DNA from: Nitrososphaeria archaeon
GTDB lineage: Archaea; Thermoproteota; Nitrososphaeria; JACIWG01
Assembly: GCA_963752255.1 (NCBI GenBank)
Contig: CAVVXT010000007.1
Span: 32,001 to 96,000 of the forward strand
Length of the DNA stretch: 64,000 nucleotides
Direction of reading: 5' to 3'
The notes below the pieces were generated by a model. The model was not told the origin of the DNA. It saw nothing but the letters and a program-made list of their open reading frames with translations, and ran no database searches. Of this stretch, positions 50,200-61,473 are shown one piece after another. The position numbers were made by a program, and so were the translations under genes. Within the stretch, counting starts at the first letter, position 1. Each line of letters opens with the position of its first letter.

Positions 50200-50621
50200 G
50201 GCAAAAAAAGAATAGGAACTGTCATTTTTACATAAATTTTTATCATATAATTTTATATTGTACTGTCTTCCAAGAAAAGTCTTCTTATTGCTTTCTATAT
50301 TTAACTCAATGATAAGGACAAACAAAGAACATATAGAAAAGTTGTCAATCTTGAAAAATTCTTGCGCGTATAATGCCCCGAAATGTGAAAAATATAGTAA
50401 ATCTGTTACTACGCCAAAAATATCTTAGGTATCCTGAAACTTAAAGAGCTGTTGTAAAATAGCCCTCAACATTTTAATGAGCTAGAGTAATCAATGTGAT
50501 GTAAAATCTGGGAGAATCGAAGCATACATAATTCTTATTGAGTTATACCATCTAACTTCATTTACATGTGCAGGCTTTAATTGTTTAAGATTAAAATAAT
50601 TCATATCGCTATTCCTCAACG

Positions 50622-51437
50622 ATGGAGCCATCGTCAATTGACGTCATAATGTTAACTAAAAACAGTATCAAACCTTGTCTAATCGAATGTTTAGATTCAC
50701 TATACAAAGGCATACCTGTGAATAACCTAATAGTAGTTGATGGAGGAAGTACCGACGGAACATTAGAGCTTCTAACAAATTATCCAAGAATAAAACTTCT
50801 GATGGATGAAAAAGGAAATAGAGCGACGTCAAGACAAATTGGCATAGATAATGTTAAAACAGATTGGTTCATGTTTATAGATAGCGATGTCATATTATGT
50901 GATAAATGGTTTGACTTGGTGAAAAAGTATCTTGACAGACCATCCATTGGTGCAATCTGGGGCGCAGCGCTCCAAAGAGCAGAAGCTTACCAAATACGAT
51001 ACTCCACCATGGCAAAACTCTATGGCAAAGATGAGGAATGGATTGCCGTGAGAGCAGGACAGCTTAGAGGATTGACTCATGACACTATCATAAGAAGGAA
51101 AGCTACAGAAGGAATAAAAATTCCAACAAACCTGCATGTACTAGAAGATCATTATATCCGGTTGTACGTTGAAGGCAAAGGATATAAGTGGATTTCTACA
51201 AATAGGCCTTTTTGCTATCACGTAGCCAATGAAAGAGAACGCCCAAAAGATTGGTATATTTTTGGACAAGCCTCGAAAACACTGGGCCTAGTCAAATCTA
51301 AGAATATAATTATGTATATACTGTTAGGGCCATACAAGTCCTTATTGATATACTTAAACAGCAGAAATTGGAGTGCTGCTAAAACACAATACCTGACTTA
51401 CATATATATAATCAAAGGATGGTTTAATCCAACCTAA
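50622..51437 (+). CDS. Glycosyltransferase family 2
   Basis: VVDGGSTDGT, FIDSD, ED. Confidence 0.9.
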   Translation: MEPSSIDVIMLTKNSIKPCLIECLDSLYKGIPVNNLIVVDGGSTDGTLELLTNYPRIKLLMDEKGNRATSRQIGIDNVKTDWFMFIDSDVILCDKWFDLVKKYLDRPSIGAIWGAALQRAEAYQIRYSTMAKLYGKDEEWIAVRAGQLRGLTHDTIIRRKATEGIKIPTNLHVLEDHYIRLYVEGKGYKWISTNRPFCYHVANERERPKDWYIFGQASKTLGLVKSKNIIMYILLGPYKSLLIYLNSRNWSAAKTQYLTYIYIIKGWFNPT

Positions 51438-51525
51438 TTTTGACAGATTACCTTAAGAGTATGATAAGCTCAGGTCAATTTTAAACGCCGATTGTTCCTA
51501 TTATCAATGTCAATAAGCATAGTGG

Positions 51526-52539
51526 TTACGACTTAAAAGATTGTGGTCTTGATTCTTTTCCCGATATTTTATAGAGTATATAGCCATAAGAGATAGCCAC
51601 CCCTGGCAATAAGTAATAAACGAAACTAACGAAGCCATATAGGCGGTTACGTTTTGCCTTAAAAATGTGGTATACCAATAGAGGTGTGAAGTATAAGGGA
51701 GCAATGGGCCAATAGAAGAAAGATGCAATGAGTACGAAGGGCAGCAAGAAATAAATAATTAGCCTAAAGTAGTGTGTTCTAGAACGTGTGCCCAAGAATC
51801 CATCATAGATACGGGGCATTTGTCTAAAGCAATATTTTACATATTTAAGGTAATTGAGTCTTTTGGTTGTAGCCACATAACCCCTCGAATGCTTAAAAAC
51901 TTCGGGCTTAAGATGTATACAATGGGTTCGACTATCTGCCACCGTCTTAAGCTTTGCCCCTTTAACTCGTAAGAAGAATTCAGTATCTTCGGAATAGTCC
52001 ATTTTTTCGTCGAATCCTCCTATTTTGTCAAAAGTCTCTTTTTTTATCATGGTGAAGCCTAGTCCTAAACCAGAAACATTCGTGAAACCATCATTCAAAC
52101 GCATCATGTATATTTTCTCATCCAGCTTTTGTTCGCCTTCTAAATAGTATGGATACCCTATGGCAGCTACATCTTTCTCATTCAACAAATATTCTACTAA
52201 CCGCTTAACTGATTCACTATCCGGTGCCAGAACATCACTATCCCAGAATAAAATAAAGTCGCCAACCATATTTCTCAGACATATGTTTCTTGCCTGTGGT
52301 ATGTTTGACTTTTCCCTAAGAAGTGAAATCTCCAAATAAGCATCTCTCTCTTTCTCTGAGAAACTCTGTAGAACTTCAAATGTTCCATCTATAGAATAGT
52401 TGTCTACAAACACTAGCTTAGTACTCTTCCTAGGATAATCCTGACTTAAAATAGAACTCAATACACTTTCTATACAATATCTCCTATTAAATACAGGTAC
52501 AGCTATTGTTATTATTGGTAGAGGATCCAACTTGTTCAC
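51526..52539 (-). CDS. Glycosyltransferase family 2 with C-terminal TM helices
   Basis: VDNYSIDGT, WDSD, GGFD..YSED. Confidence 0.9.
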   Translation of the reverse strand: MNKLDPLPIITIAVPVFNRRYCIESVLSSILSQDYPRKSTKLVFVDNYSIDGTFEVLQSFSEKERDAYLEISLLREKSNIPQARNICLRNMVGDFILFWDSDVLAPDSESVKRLVEYLLNEKDVAAIGYPYYLEGEQKLDEKIYMMRLNDGFTNVSGLGLGFTMIKKETFDKIGGFDEKMDYSEDTEFFLRVKGAKLKTVADSRTHCIHLKPEVFKHSRGYVATTKRLNYLKYVKYCFRQMPRIYDGFLGTRSRTHYFRLIIYFLLPFVLIASFFYWPIAPLYFTPLLVYHIFKAKRNRLYGFVSFVYYLLPGVAISYGYILYKISGKESRPQSFKS

Positions 52540-52767
52540 TTATAAATAAAGTTTCGAATAGGATATATTATAAGGTTTGCTAACTTGAAATTAATAGTAG
52601 GTTAATAATAATATGGCCGCATTTTTTGATTACCTTGCGGAAAGTTTATACAATCAGCTATCCCCACAAATAAAAACCGATTGATTTCCATATAGTAATC
52701 TTTTTTACTATCTGATTTATGAGTAAATGAAATAGTTTAGCTTAAATTCAGCAACGGAGAGCTTCTA

Positions 52768-52992
52768 CTAGCTAAAGTGAGCTAATAGCGCTTGCATACC
52801 CTGCGGTGTCAAAAATAAGCGCCCATCAGTCAGCTCAGACACATAACCCTTTTCCTTAAAAAATTCTAGTTTATTTAACTCAGATAACAACTTTTTCTTA
52901 TCAATAGCCCCTTTTTCTGATATAGCATGATGAGTGAACATCAGCTCCTCTAATAATGCATATATCCTGTCAGACCTCAGATCTCTTGACAT
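52768..52992 (-). CDS. Small hypothetical protein (winged-helix-like)
   Basis: KGYV....LTPQG pattern. Confidence 0.55.
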   Translation of the reverse strand: MSRDLRSDRIYALLEELMFTHHAISEKGAIDKKKLLSELNKLEFFKEKGYVSELTDGRLFLTPQGMQALLAHFS

Positions 52993-53059
52993 TTTACTAC
53001 CAAATCTCTTATTACAACTTGCCCTTTATTAATCTTAGCTATTAGACAAGGCTCACCCA

Positions 53060-54646
53060 TTACTCTTTTTTGAATATTGAAATGAGCTTAGATTCATAAG
53101 TCAGCACAAGATTTATCAGAGGCTGGATTAACTTAATTCTTTTTAATAATAATCTAAAATTTTCTATGTCAGATTCTTCTATAGCCTTAACTGCAGGCAG
53201 CAGCGTTAAGTAGAGGAAAACAAATACACATGCATACAGAATTAAGCCCAAGAATCTATAGTAAAACTGCTGACTGGCCGATTGGGCATACAATGAAAGG
53301 AGCAGAGTCGGAATCGCTGACAAGATAGACGCCAAATATATTCGAGAAGACGACTTAAGATCAAATTTGACTTGAAGCTTTTTTATAATTGACAATAAAC
53401 TGTAAGCAAAAGAGCATGTAAATGAAATTATTATTGCAATAAGAAATCCAGGTACACCGTAAAATTTTGTAAGAAGAAAGGCTAGTGGTAGAAAAATAAT
53501 CATATTAATTAAACCGCTATATAGAAAAATCCTTGTCTCACCAGATCCATAAATTATGTAATTAATGACAACAGAACCAAAGCCAGCGTATAGGTTAGTT
53601 ATAACATAAAGAGAAAGAAAAAGAGGGGCTGAAGTATAGACTCGCCCATAGAGAGTAAATACGATATCTTTTGATAAGATAGCAGTAATCATCGTACCAG
53701 GAACTACAAATATGGCAGTATATTTTACAGAAAATTTGAACAGACTATTAAGTTCAGAACTACCACGCTTGACTTTAGAGAAAGCAGGAAAGAGTGCGGC
53801 AGCCGGGTAGGTCAGCACACTAATTAATGTAAGTAGTCCGGTAGCAACATTAAAGTTACCGATATCCATATTAGAAACAAAAAGTGCTAATATCAAGAGC
53901 TGAATTTGTGAAATTACAGTGCCAAGCAAATTTGAGACATATAAGGGGAACCCGTAGGATATCATCAACCTCATATTTTCAATGAATTTGTTATTAGAGG
54001 GTTTACCTAATCCTTTATAGAACTTGTAAAAGAAAATTCCACCAAGGCAACAAGCAAAGATATAGCTGATTACATGACTAGTTAATGCGCCAAACACACC
54101 AAAACCTAATACCAAAAGTAAAGCGGATAAAACAGTCTTTACCAAAGCTTGTATGTTAAGTATTATAGCATTACCCTCCATTTTATCTAATCCAATAAAA
54201 GAAGAACTCAAATAGTTGAAGGAAGTCTGAAGCAATATCATAAGAGATGAGAGCTTTATGAACAGACCCATACTTGGCCTGTTGAGAACATAAGTGGCCA
54301 ATGAATCTGAGAATAAGAAACAAAGAACAGAGAATATCACACTTGTAAAGAATATATAGAAAAAACCAGATTTTAATATGCTGGCTGCGAGGTCATTTCT
54401 ACCTTCGGCTCTGAACTTCGCGGCGAATCTCGTCAAGGCAGTTCCGACACCAAGATCAAGGAAGTAAAGTATTAGATTGGGAACCACCAAGGCTAGAACA
54501 AAAAGACCGTAGCCATCAGGCCCCAGAAGTCTAGCCACGATAATAGAACATACTGCAAGGATAACTAAGGAAAGGAAATATCCTACAAACAGAAGTATGC
54601 CTCCTCGCGCAGAACTCTGAATAGTATCAGAAAAGCTCTCCGTCAT
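53060..54646 (-). CDS. Wzx/MOP-family oligosaccharide flippase
   Basis: ARLLGPDGYG, DLGV..ALTRF; about 14 TM helices. Confidence 0.9.
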   Translation of the reverse strand: MTESFSDTIQSSARGGILLFVGYFLSLVILAVCSIIVARLLGPDGYGLFVLALVVPNLILYFLDLGVGTALTRFAAKFRAEGRNDLAASILKSGFFYIFFTSVIFSVLCFLFSDSLATYVLNRPSMGLFIKLSSLMILLQTSFNYLSSSFIGLDKMEGNAIILNIQALVKTVLSALLLVLGFGVFGALTSHVISYIFACCLGGIFFYKFYKGLGKPSNNKFIENMRLMISYGFPLYVSNLLGTVISQIQLLILALFVSNMDIGNFNVATGLLTLISVLTYPAAALFPAFSKVKRGSSELNSLFKFSVKYTAIFVVPGTMITAILSKDIVFTLYGRVYTSAPLFLSLYVITNLYAGFGSVVINYIIYGSGETRIFLYSGLINMIIFLPLAFLLTKFYGVPGFLIAIIISFTCSFAYSLLSIIKKLQVKFDLKSSSRIYLASILSAIPTLLLSLYAQSASQQFYYRFLGLILYACVFVFLYLTLLPAVKAIEESDIENFRLLLKRIKLIQPLINLVLTYESKLISIFKKE

Positions 54647-54656
54647 TATAGCACCA

Positions 54657-55391
54657 CTACTTTCTTAAATTTGAAAAATACCTTTTTGCGTTATTATAAG
54701 ATTGCATAGTACCTATATCCCACCATGCACCCTCTAGAAGATATCCGTATACAAGTTCTTTCTTGCAAAACCATTCTATGAACCTACCTGGAGAATCAGG
54801 ATTAAGCCCACCCTCAATATATTCTTCCAGTCTTGTTAAAATCCTGTTTGGAAAAATGTATAAGCAGGTGCCAATCGTGGTTGTCTTAGGATTTTCAGGT
54901 TTTTCTGTAAACTCCAAGATCCTGTTATCAGCGTTTATGATAACAGTCGAATAGTTCTTAACGACCCTAAAATCTCTTATATCATATAAGCCTACGATAG
55001 GAACTTTCAGTTGTCTGTATACTTCTATCATATCTCTCAAGCTACTAGTAAACAGGTTATCGCCAGCAACAACAAGATAGTCATCCTTCACAACAGCAGT
55101 CAAATTTGCCAGAGCCTTTACAGCTCCAACCTTCTCCCTTTCGCTTCTAGCTGCTTCTGCTATGATCATAATATCTTTTTTTCCGCTTTTTGAAAGCCAC
55201 GCATCAAAATTGGGCTTAAATTTCGTATTTGTTGATATAGTAATATCCTCGATCTCTAGCTCATCAATCTTGTCTAACAAATATTCGATTATTGGCTTAC
55301 CAGCAACATGAAGAAGAGGTTTAGGCCTGTCAATTGTCAAAGGCCAAAGTCTCCTTGCAAATCCTCCAGCCAGAATCACAGCTTTCATCAA
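54657..55391 (-). CDS. Sugar-phosphate nucleotidyltransferase
   Basis: LAGG.ARRL.P.T...PKPL, EKP, DIGT. Confidence 0.92.
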   Translation of the reverse strand: MMKAVILAGGFARRLWPLTIDRPKPLLHVAGKPIIEYLLDKIDELEIEDITISTNTKFKPNFDAWLSKSGKKDIMIIAEAARSEREKVGAVKALANLTAVVKDDYLVVAGDNLFTSSLRDMIEVYRQLKVPIVGLYDIRDFRVVKNYSTVIINADNRILEFTEKPENPKTTTIGTCLYIFPNRILTRLEEYIEGGLNPDSPGRFIEWFCKKELVYGYLLEGAWWDIGTMQSYNNAKRYFSNLRK

Positions 55392-55440
55392 GCTGGCACC
55401 AGAGTTAACCAGAGATATATACCTAGCACATTAAGCAATA

Positions 55441-57375
55441 TCAGGTTGATATTGTATTGCAATAACTAGATGAACGAGCTTCTCTAAGATGTCTTAACAG
55501 AGTAAGCATTTCAGTATAGGTTTTAGCAACTTTCTTGCTTCTTGCAGCTTTCTTCAGCTTTTCAATTATTAACTCTGGAGAACTTGTGCCTAATCTATTG
55601 AATGAAGGCTGCCTATCGACCAAAAGGTTTCCTTCATCGTCTATACCAGTTGCTTCTATACCATCGGCCCTGAAGTTAATCTTAAGATACGGAATCGTGT
55701 CACCTGCAAGATGAGTGACAAACAGGGCGAGGCTCTGTTTAGGCAGATTGTTAAGAAACGCTGCGACAATTCTAGCGATTGCCTTTGGCTCAGTAAGTGC
55801 TTCAAATTCGTCCATTAGGATAAGTTTCTTTTCCCTTCTCGCAAGTATTGGGATTGTTGATCTTAGTGCATGCTCCAAACTGCCTATCTTCTTAACAGTC
55901 CTCCTTCTGAAAAGGTATATGCTTATTATTGGAACCTCAGCTTTGTCAGCAGGAACAGGAAGGCCAAGTATAGATAATGTTACAACTTGGGCTACGGTCA
56001 TAAGAAGAGTTGTTTTACCACCGCTGTTCGCACCGGTCAGTAGGACAATGTTTGTCGTGTTGGCACCAAATATCTTCAATTCTGTACTGCCGATAGAATA
56101 GTCTATCTTTTGTATTTTGATATTTCCTTTAAGTTCGTCTTGAACTAAGAAGATATTTTTTCCACCAACAAAGCCTATACCGCCTTCTATGATCTTAGGG
56201 AAATATAGTTGGTATTCTTTCTTGAATGTAAAAAGAGATAAAATTAGATCGAATTCATAAAGTTCTTCCGCGATCTTTCCTAACATATCAAGATATTTTG
56301 ATAGTTCTCGAGAAATTCTTAGGTATTCCATGTACAAAGCCTTCGACTCACTCTTCTTTAGTCCCTCAACAATCTGATTGACCTTGTAGGTTGAGAAAGA
56401 AAATGGTGTTCTAGCATTCTCTAAAGCATCATTTGCCAGTGCTGATAAACTCTTCTCATCAAGACCTAACTTTGACCCAAGTCTTCCAATAACATCAGAA
56501 ACTAATCTTCTATACTCTTCAGCATTTGCACCTGATTCCCTCATATTTTCTATACTTTCATTGATCTCTACTTCAGCTTCTTCTATTATAGACGCAAGAT
56601 CAAGCCTGTCTATCTCCATGTCTTCAAGAAGACCTACTATATTAGCCGCATCTTCAACATGCCCGAAGAAACTCTCTAATGTAATCTCTTTTTCTTCGAA
56701 TATTCTTCTAATCGAGCAATATGCTTCTAAGATGTTCTTGAAGGACTCAAATACTTCAACGAACCTGTCTGGCACAAGTTCGTAAAGTTCAAAAGATTCC
56801 TTGAGTGATATGCATCCTTTAACTTCTCCAAAGCCAATACAGATTAGTAGATCCTTACTTTTGGAGAGCTCAGTGATATCTTTTTTATCAAAAACTTCGA
56901 TCTTCAAACCTTTGCTTAAATTCAAAAGCGATTGCTTAAGTTCCTCACTACTGACGGCTATGACAAAGCTAGATGAGGGCTTTATTGTAATTAATTTGAC
57001 ATTTCTTAGAATATCTTTGGCCTCCGAATAAATCTGCTCATCTGATTCGATAGCTGTGAAGATTTGATTGAGAAAAGAAATTCTTTCGTTCAACTTGTCA
57101 GCATTTGAATACGGTGTAAGAGAGAGAACCCTATCTTCGGTAACCTTATTTCCACAATACGGGACAACAAGCTTTAGAATGTCCTTTAAAAGCTGTTTTG
57201 AGTCAGGAGTTCTAAATACTTCCTTGATAACCAAACCAGTAAATCCACTCCTATACTGTTGAACAAGCTTTAGAGACTCTTTTCTATTAACATTTTTGGT
57301 GTATGAGATACCTTCTAAGAATGGTAGTCTAACATAGATGTCAAAGAGAATATCTTCAATACCCTTTATTGGCAT
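55441..57375 (-). CDS. Archaeal MutS-like ATPase (domain V, no mismatch-binding domain)
   Basis: TGANSGGKTT, GLPVPA, DEFEALTEP, FVTHL. Confidence 0.85.
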   Translation of the reverse strand: MPIKGIEDILFDIYVRLPFLEGISYTKNVNRKESLKLVQQYRSGFTGLVIKEVFRTPDSKQLLKDILKLVVPYCGNKVTEDRVLSLTPYSNADKLNERISFLNQIFTAIESDEQIYSEAKDILRNVKLITIKPSSSFVIAVSSEELKQSLLNLSKGLKIEVFDKKDITELSKSKDLLICIGFGEVKGCISLKESFELYELVPDRFVEVFESFKNILEAYCSIRRIFEEKEITLESFFGHVEDAANIVGLLEDMEIDRLDLASIIEEAEVEINESIENMRESGANAEEYRRLVSDVIGRLGSKLGLDEKSLSALANDALENARTPFSFSTYKVNQIVEGLKKSESKALYMEYLRISRELSKYLDMLGKIAEELYEFDLILSLFTFKKEYQLYFPKIIEGGIGFVGGKNIFLVQDELKGNIKIQKIDYSIGSTELKIFGANTTNIVLLTGANSGGKTTLLMTVAQVVTLSILGLPVPADKAEVPIISIYLFRRRTVKKIGSLEHALRSTIPILARREKKLILMDEFEALTEPKAIARIVAAFLNNLPKQSLALFVTHLAGDTIPYLKINFRADGIEATGIDDEGNLLVDRQPSFNRLGTSSPELIIEKLKKAARSKKVAKTYTEMLTLLRHLREARSSSYCNTIST

Positions 57376-57563
57376 TATTGGATTATGATCTAGGATGGTG
57401 TTTTAAGCTTTCCCACATAATATTCTTACACTTTCAATACCATAAATAATTTGGCAGGCAATTAGATGACTCCTTACCAATTTCTGTTTGCTAAATCATT
57501 CTTACTGTTCTTTAAAATATATGTCAACCAAGATTAACCGAAAAAAAGGATAGAAGGGTAGAT

Positions 57564-57890
57564 CTAAGATCTTTTTAGTTCTTTACCACATTTATAGCAG
57601 AAGCGTGAATCGAATCGGTTCTTTTCTCCACACTGTGGGCAGATTATTGGCGCCCTTCCGGTTGATTCTTGAACATTCTTTCTAGCTGTTTCGAAAGCCT
57701 TCTCTATTTCCTTAGCAGCTAGAGTGAAAGCTTTCTCCATCTCTTGGCCCATCTTGTTAAAGGCTTCCCTGAGTTCATCAGAAGGAGCTACAACACCTGC
57801 TTCAACACCTAATACAGTTCTAGCACCACATTTTGGACAAAAGTACGCATCTTCAGTAAGAGGTTGACCACATTTTGAGCAGAATCCCAT
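57564..57890 (-). CDS. Double zinc-ribbon protein
   Basis: Four CxxCG motifs flanking a helical segment. Confidence 0.8.
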   Translation of the reverse strand: MGFCSKCGQPLTEDAYFCPKCGARTVLGVEAGVVAPSDELREAFNKMGQEMEKAFTLAAKEIEKAFETARKNVQESTGRAPIICPQCGEKNRFDSRFCYKCGKELKRS

Positions 57891-58054
57891 AACAATTACC
57901 AGTTTTTATAGAATATTAGGAGTGATTTAAATTTTATTCTATCCGTCACCTTCCTGTTATAGGAGAGGGGAGGGATTGGATAAATACCCACCATTAAACT
58001 TATCTAATGTTTTTAAGTTGTTTAGCCACAGAACTCATATTAAATACTTTTTAT

Positions 58055-58309
58055 TTAGAAATCTGCTAATTCGGTGAAGGGCCTTAAGCTAGCCTTAAGA
58101 TCGTCATCAGTAACTGTTAGATTGGAAATCCTATCAAGTATTTTTCTACGAAGTTTCCTTGGTACGAATAAGGAGTTAGCCGCATAACTAAGTTTTTTTG
58201 GCATGACAATTAGAGGATTATACAAACCTTTAACTGAACGCAGCAGATATTTTTTTATATGTGCGTCGACAAAAGCTCTTGTAATTATTCTGCCCTTAAC
58301 CGTATGCAA
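58055..58309 (-). CDS. Hypothetical protein or gene remnant
   Basis: 84-aa ORF, no motif recognised. Confidence 0.3.
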   Translation of the reverse strand: MHTVKGRIITRAFVDAHIKKYLLRSVKGLYNPLIVMPKKLSYAANSLFVPRKLRRKILDRISNLTVTDDDLKASLRPFTELADF

Positions 58310-58443
58310 AAAGAGATGCTCTAATTACGATAGCTAAGTCAAATTGCATAAAAGATCCTCTTTTATTAGATTGTATTTATCTCCCTCTATGTGGTTTTAC
58401 ATATTAAAGTGCAGAATATATGGGTGTGGACCATGATAGAATT

Positions 58444-59637
58444 TTATTCGTTTACTCCACCTGATCTTGGAATCTTAACTGTAAACGTTGAACCTGTACC
58501 TACTTTACTTTCAAAATCAATCGAACCATTATGTATTTCAATGAGCCGTTTGCAGACGGAAAGCCCCAAACCTTGACCTTTAGACTTGGTTGTAAACAAA
58601 GGAGTAAAAATCTTATGGAAATTCTCCTTATCTATTCCGACGCCTGTATCTTGAACGCTGATCAGAGCCTTATCGTTCTCCACGGAACCACTGACCGAAA
58701 GTTTGCCACCGTCTGGCATCGCTTGAACGGCGTTGTTGAACAGGTTCACGAACACCCTCTTCATCATCAGCGAATCAACCATCAAAAAAGGGAAGACATC
58801 GCTGATGTCAATTGTAACCTTAACATTTTCAGGCACATTCACCATCGACAAAGCATTAACTATTAGTTGGCGCATGTTGGTGATTGTGAATACCGGCTCT
58901 ATTGGCCTGCCAAAATCTTGAAGATCCAACACGATCTTGTTCATGTAGTCTATCTGTTCGCGACAAGCTAGTATAAGTTGATCTAAGCCTTCCCTCTTAA
59001 CAACTTCTCGGGTTCCAAGGGGAAGAGTTTCAATCCTAGTCTTAGCTAGATATAGGAGGTTAACTAGAACTTGTAATGGATTACGAAGATCGTGGCCTAC
59101 CATGGTTGAGACCTGCCCTATGGCAATCATCCTTTCTGCTTCTTTAAGTTCCTTAGTTCTCTGGTCGACTATCTCTTCTAGGTGTTCAGTATGCTTTCTA
59201 AGCTTTTCCTCAACCCTCTTACGCTCTGTAATATCTCTCCCTATGCCCTCGAGGACTATTAACTTGCCAGTGTGATCAAAAACGGGGATATTAACCTGCT
59301 CTGTCCACACCAGACGACCATCTTTACGCTTCCATCTCAGCTCTGATCGAATATACCCCTTTTTGTTAGATGATTGAACCATCATTTCGGCCAATTTGGG
59401 GGCGTCATCAGGATGAATAATCTTCCACCAAAGGTTTTTATCAGTGTAATGTTCTTTAGGAGTATAGCCCAATATCTTTGTAGAAGCAGAATTAACGTAC
59501 TCAAACCCCTCCTCAGGACGATACAGAAAGATTAGGTCTTCAGCGTTTTCAGCAAGCCTACGGAAACGCTCTTCAGATATACCGCTAGGTAAGTAGGCAT
59601 CATTTTGATTCTGAAAATCTTTATTCCGAATAGACAT
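58444..59637 (-). CDS. PAS-domain sensor histidine kinase
   Basis: IHPDD PAS; HDLRNPL H-box; NAVQA, DTGVG, FTTK, GLGL. Confidence 0.94.
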   Translation of the reverse strand: MSIRNKDFQNQNDAYLPSGISEERFRRLAENAEDLIFLYRPEEGFEYVNSASTKILGYTPKEHYTDKNLWWKIIHPDDAPKLAEMMVQSSNKKGYIRSELRWKRKDGRLVWTEQVNIPVFDHTGKLIVLEGIGRDITERKRVEEKLRKHTEHLEEIVDQRTKELKEAERMIAIGQVSTMVGHDLRNPLQVLVNLLYLAKTRIETLPLGTREVVKREGLDQLILACREQIDYMNKIVLDLQDFGRPIEPVFTITNMRQLIVNALSMVNVPENVKVTIDISDVFPFLMVDSLMMKRVFVNLFNNAVQAMPDGGKLSVSGSVENDKALISVQDTGVGIDKENFHKIFTPLFTTKSKGQGLGLSVCKRLIEIHNGSIDFESKVGTGSTFTVKIPRSGGVNE

Positions 59638-59639
59638 AC

Positions 59640-59676
59640 TGTTATAGCCTATTATAGCCTGTTATAGCCAATTATA
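59640..59676 (+). repeat. 10-bp tandem repeat (T[G/A]TTATAGCC) x3.5 directly upstream of the kinase
   Basis: TGTTATAGCC TATTATAGCC TGTTATAGCC AATTATA. Confidence 0.75.
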
Positions 59677-59862
59677 ATAGATGCTGGATGCTTAAATCTA
59701 TATGTATTATAAAAAATAAGATGCATACATTGGCTGACAGGTTATATTTGCCATAGTAATCAAAATCTTGTCTCTAATACTTTATTACAAGGAAATAAGT
59801 GAACTTAAAGAATCACAGAAGATTCACCCAAAATAAATCTTCTTCCCTTAAGCTTGGTGTTA

Positions 59863-60204
59863 TCATTGGACACTAATAACAATAGAATTCTCGATTTCTC
59901 CTCTTTTGATGTTGCAGCTGTTCCCTATACCCGTATATGGACCAATATGCACGAAAGATTCTATTATGGAATTGTTTCCGATAATTGAAGGTCCTCTAAC
60001 TATAGCACCTTTTTTGACAACACTGTTTTTACCAAAGCTTATCCTTCCAGGGTAAGTTATTGACATATTGGACTGAACTATGTCTTCTCCACCGAACAAT
60101 TCCTTCCAATCCTTTCTAAAGATTTCTGTAAAGAAACCTCTTTCATCAGCAAGTTTCTTCAAAGGTTTGATTATTATTCCATCAAGTAAGGCCTTCCACC
60201 TCAA
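59863..60204 (-). pseudogene. In-frame deletion fusion of rmlC 5' part and long-form rmlA 3' part
   Basis: DERGFFTEIFR..QSNMS.TYPG joined to hexapeptide VRGPSIIG..IGPYTGIG..EIENSIV. Confidence 0.82.
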
Positions 60205-61103
60205 ACTTCAATCTTCTAACAGCTTCATCTATATTTAAGGGCTTATGCCTGAGCTGGGAAGTGGCTTTGCTAACATCTAAAGAAGAATCATTAGGTCTCA
60301 TGGCGAACCAGTTCATATCTCCCATTTTGGCAGGCCTAATCAGCAGTCTATCGAGATCAAAAATTTCCGCAGAGTTTGATAACAAAGTCAAAACGGGATA
60401 ATCGTGTGGCACCAGACATGTGATAAACGCCTGTAAACCATCTGTTAACAGCTTCCAATACCATCTCAGCTAAGCTTGAGTTCAAAGTCGGAGAAACAAA
60501 CTGATCAACAAGTATGTGAATAGTCTCCTCCTTACGGAGTTTTTCTAGAACCCACAATGCAAAGTTGACTTTACCGAGGGCAGGCCTAGAACCGTATATG
60601 ACACTAGCCCTGATAACAAGGTAGTCTAAACCAGAAGACTTAACCAGCTTTTCACCTTCGAGCTTAGAATTACCGTAATAGTTTACTGGACTACATGAAT
60701 CATCTTCTTTATACATGCCTTTATCACCTTGGAAAACATAGTCGGTCGAAATATATACGAGGTATGCGCCGAACCTTCTACACGCTTCAATAATGTTTCT
60801 TGTGCCGTCGATGTTGGTTAGATATGCAAAAACCTTGTCCCTCTCACATAAATCCACATCTGTTAATGCGGCTGCGTGAACAACTATGTCAGGACGTATC
60901 CTGCTGAAGGTATTCATTATCGCTTCCGAGTTAGTTACATTTAACTTGAGAGGATGACCAATATTTACAAGATGTTCATAGTAACCAGAGTAAACCTCAA
61001 AACCTTCTTTGTGAGCTAATTCGACCAAGCAAGAGCCAAATAAACCACTGGCGCCAGTTACGATAGCCTTCAATTTGTTAGCCCTCTTGAACATATATTC
61101 CAA
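60182..61103 (-). pseudogene. rmlD: dTDP-4-dehydrorhamnose reductase, frameshifted near 60365
   Basis: TGASG, STDYVF.G, P..YYG.SK, DQ..SPT; C-terminal RP.DSSLD in another frame. Confidence 0.85.
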
Positions 61104-61473
61104 GATAGTTATTTAATACTACTGTTTACCAATTTTAAGTTATAATTTTATCGATACTTTCACATTAACTACAATCTATGATTTCATTCCTTAAACTTAC
61201 CTAGCAAGTTTTAGTACAACAGTAGAATATCCATTTACACTAACCCTAATTAATATTTTGTCAGCCAAAAAGGTCTTTGCACTTTAAATCCAATTTGTGC
61301 CTTCTTCTGTAGAACCTTTATATGGCATCTAAAATAATAAATATTACCACACTTTTATGATAAAAAAAATAAGTGTTTAATCGATGACGATAACAAACAA
61401 CATTACTCCTTTAGCTTCACGTTCTATGTTCGAATTTATGTTCCCTTATATTTATTGATTTACCAACAGAGAT

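Noticed and set aside
57945-57980. Purine-rich hairpin as an IS200/IS605 end
   Set aside because: Short and imperfect, with no tnpA/tnpB or second copy in the window.
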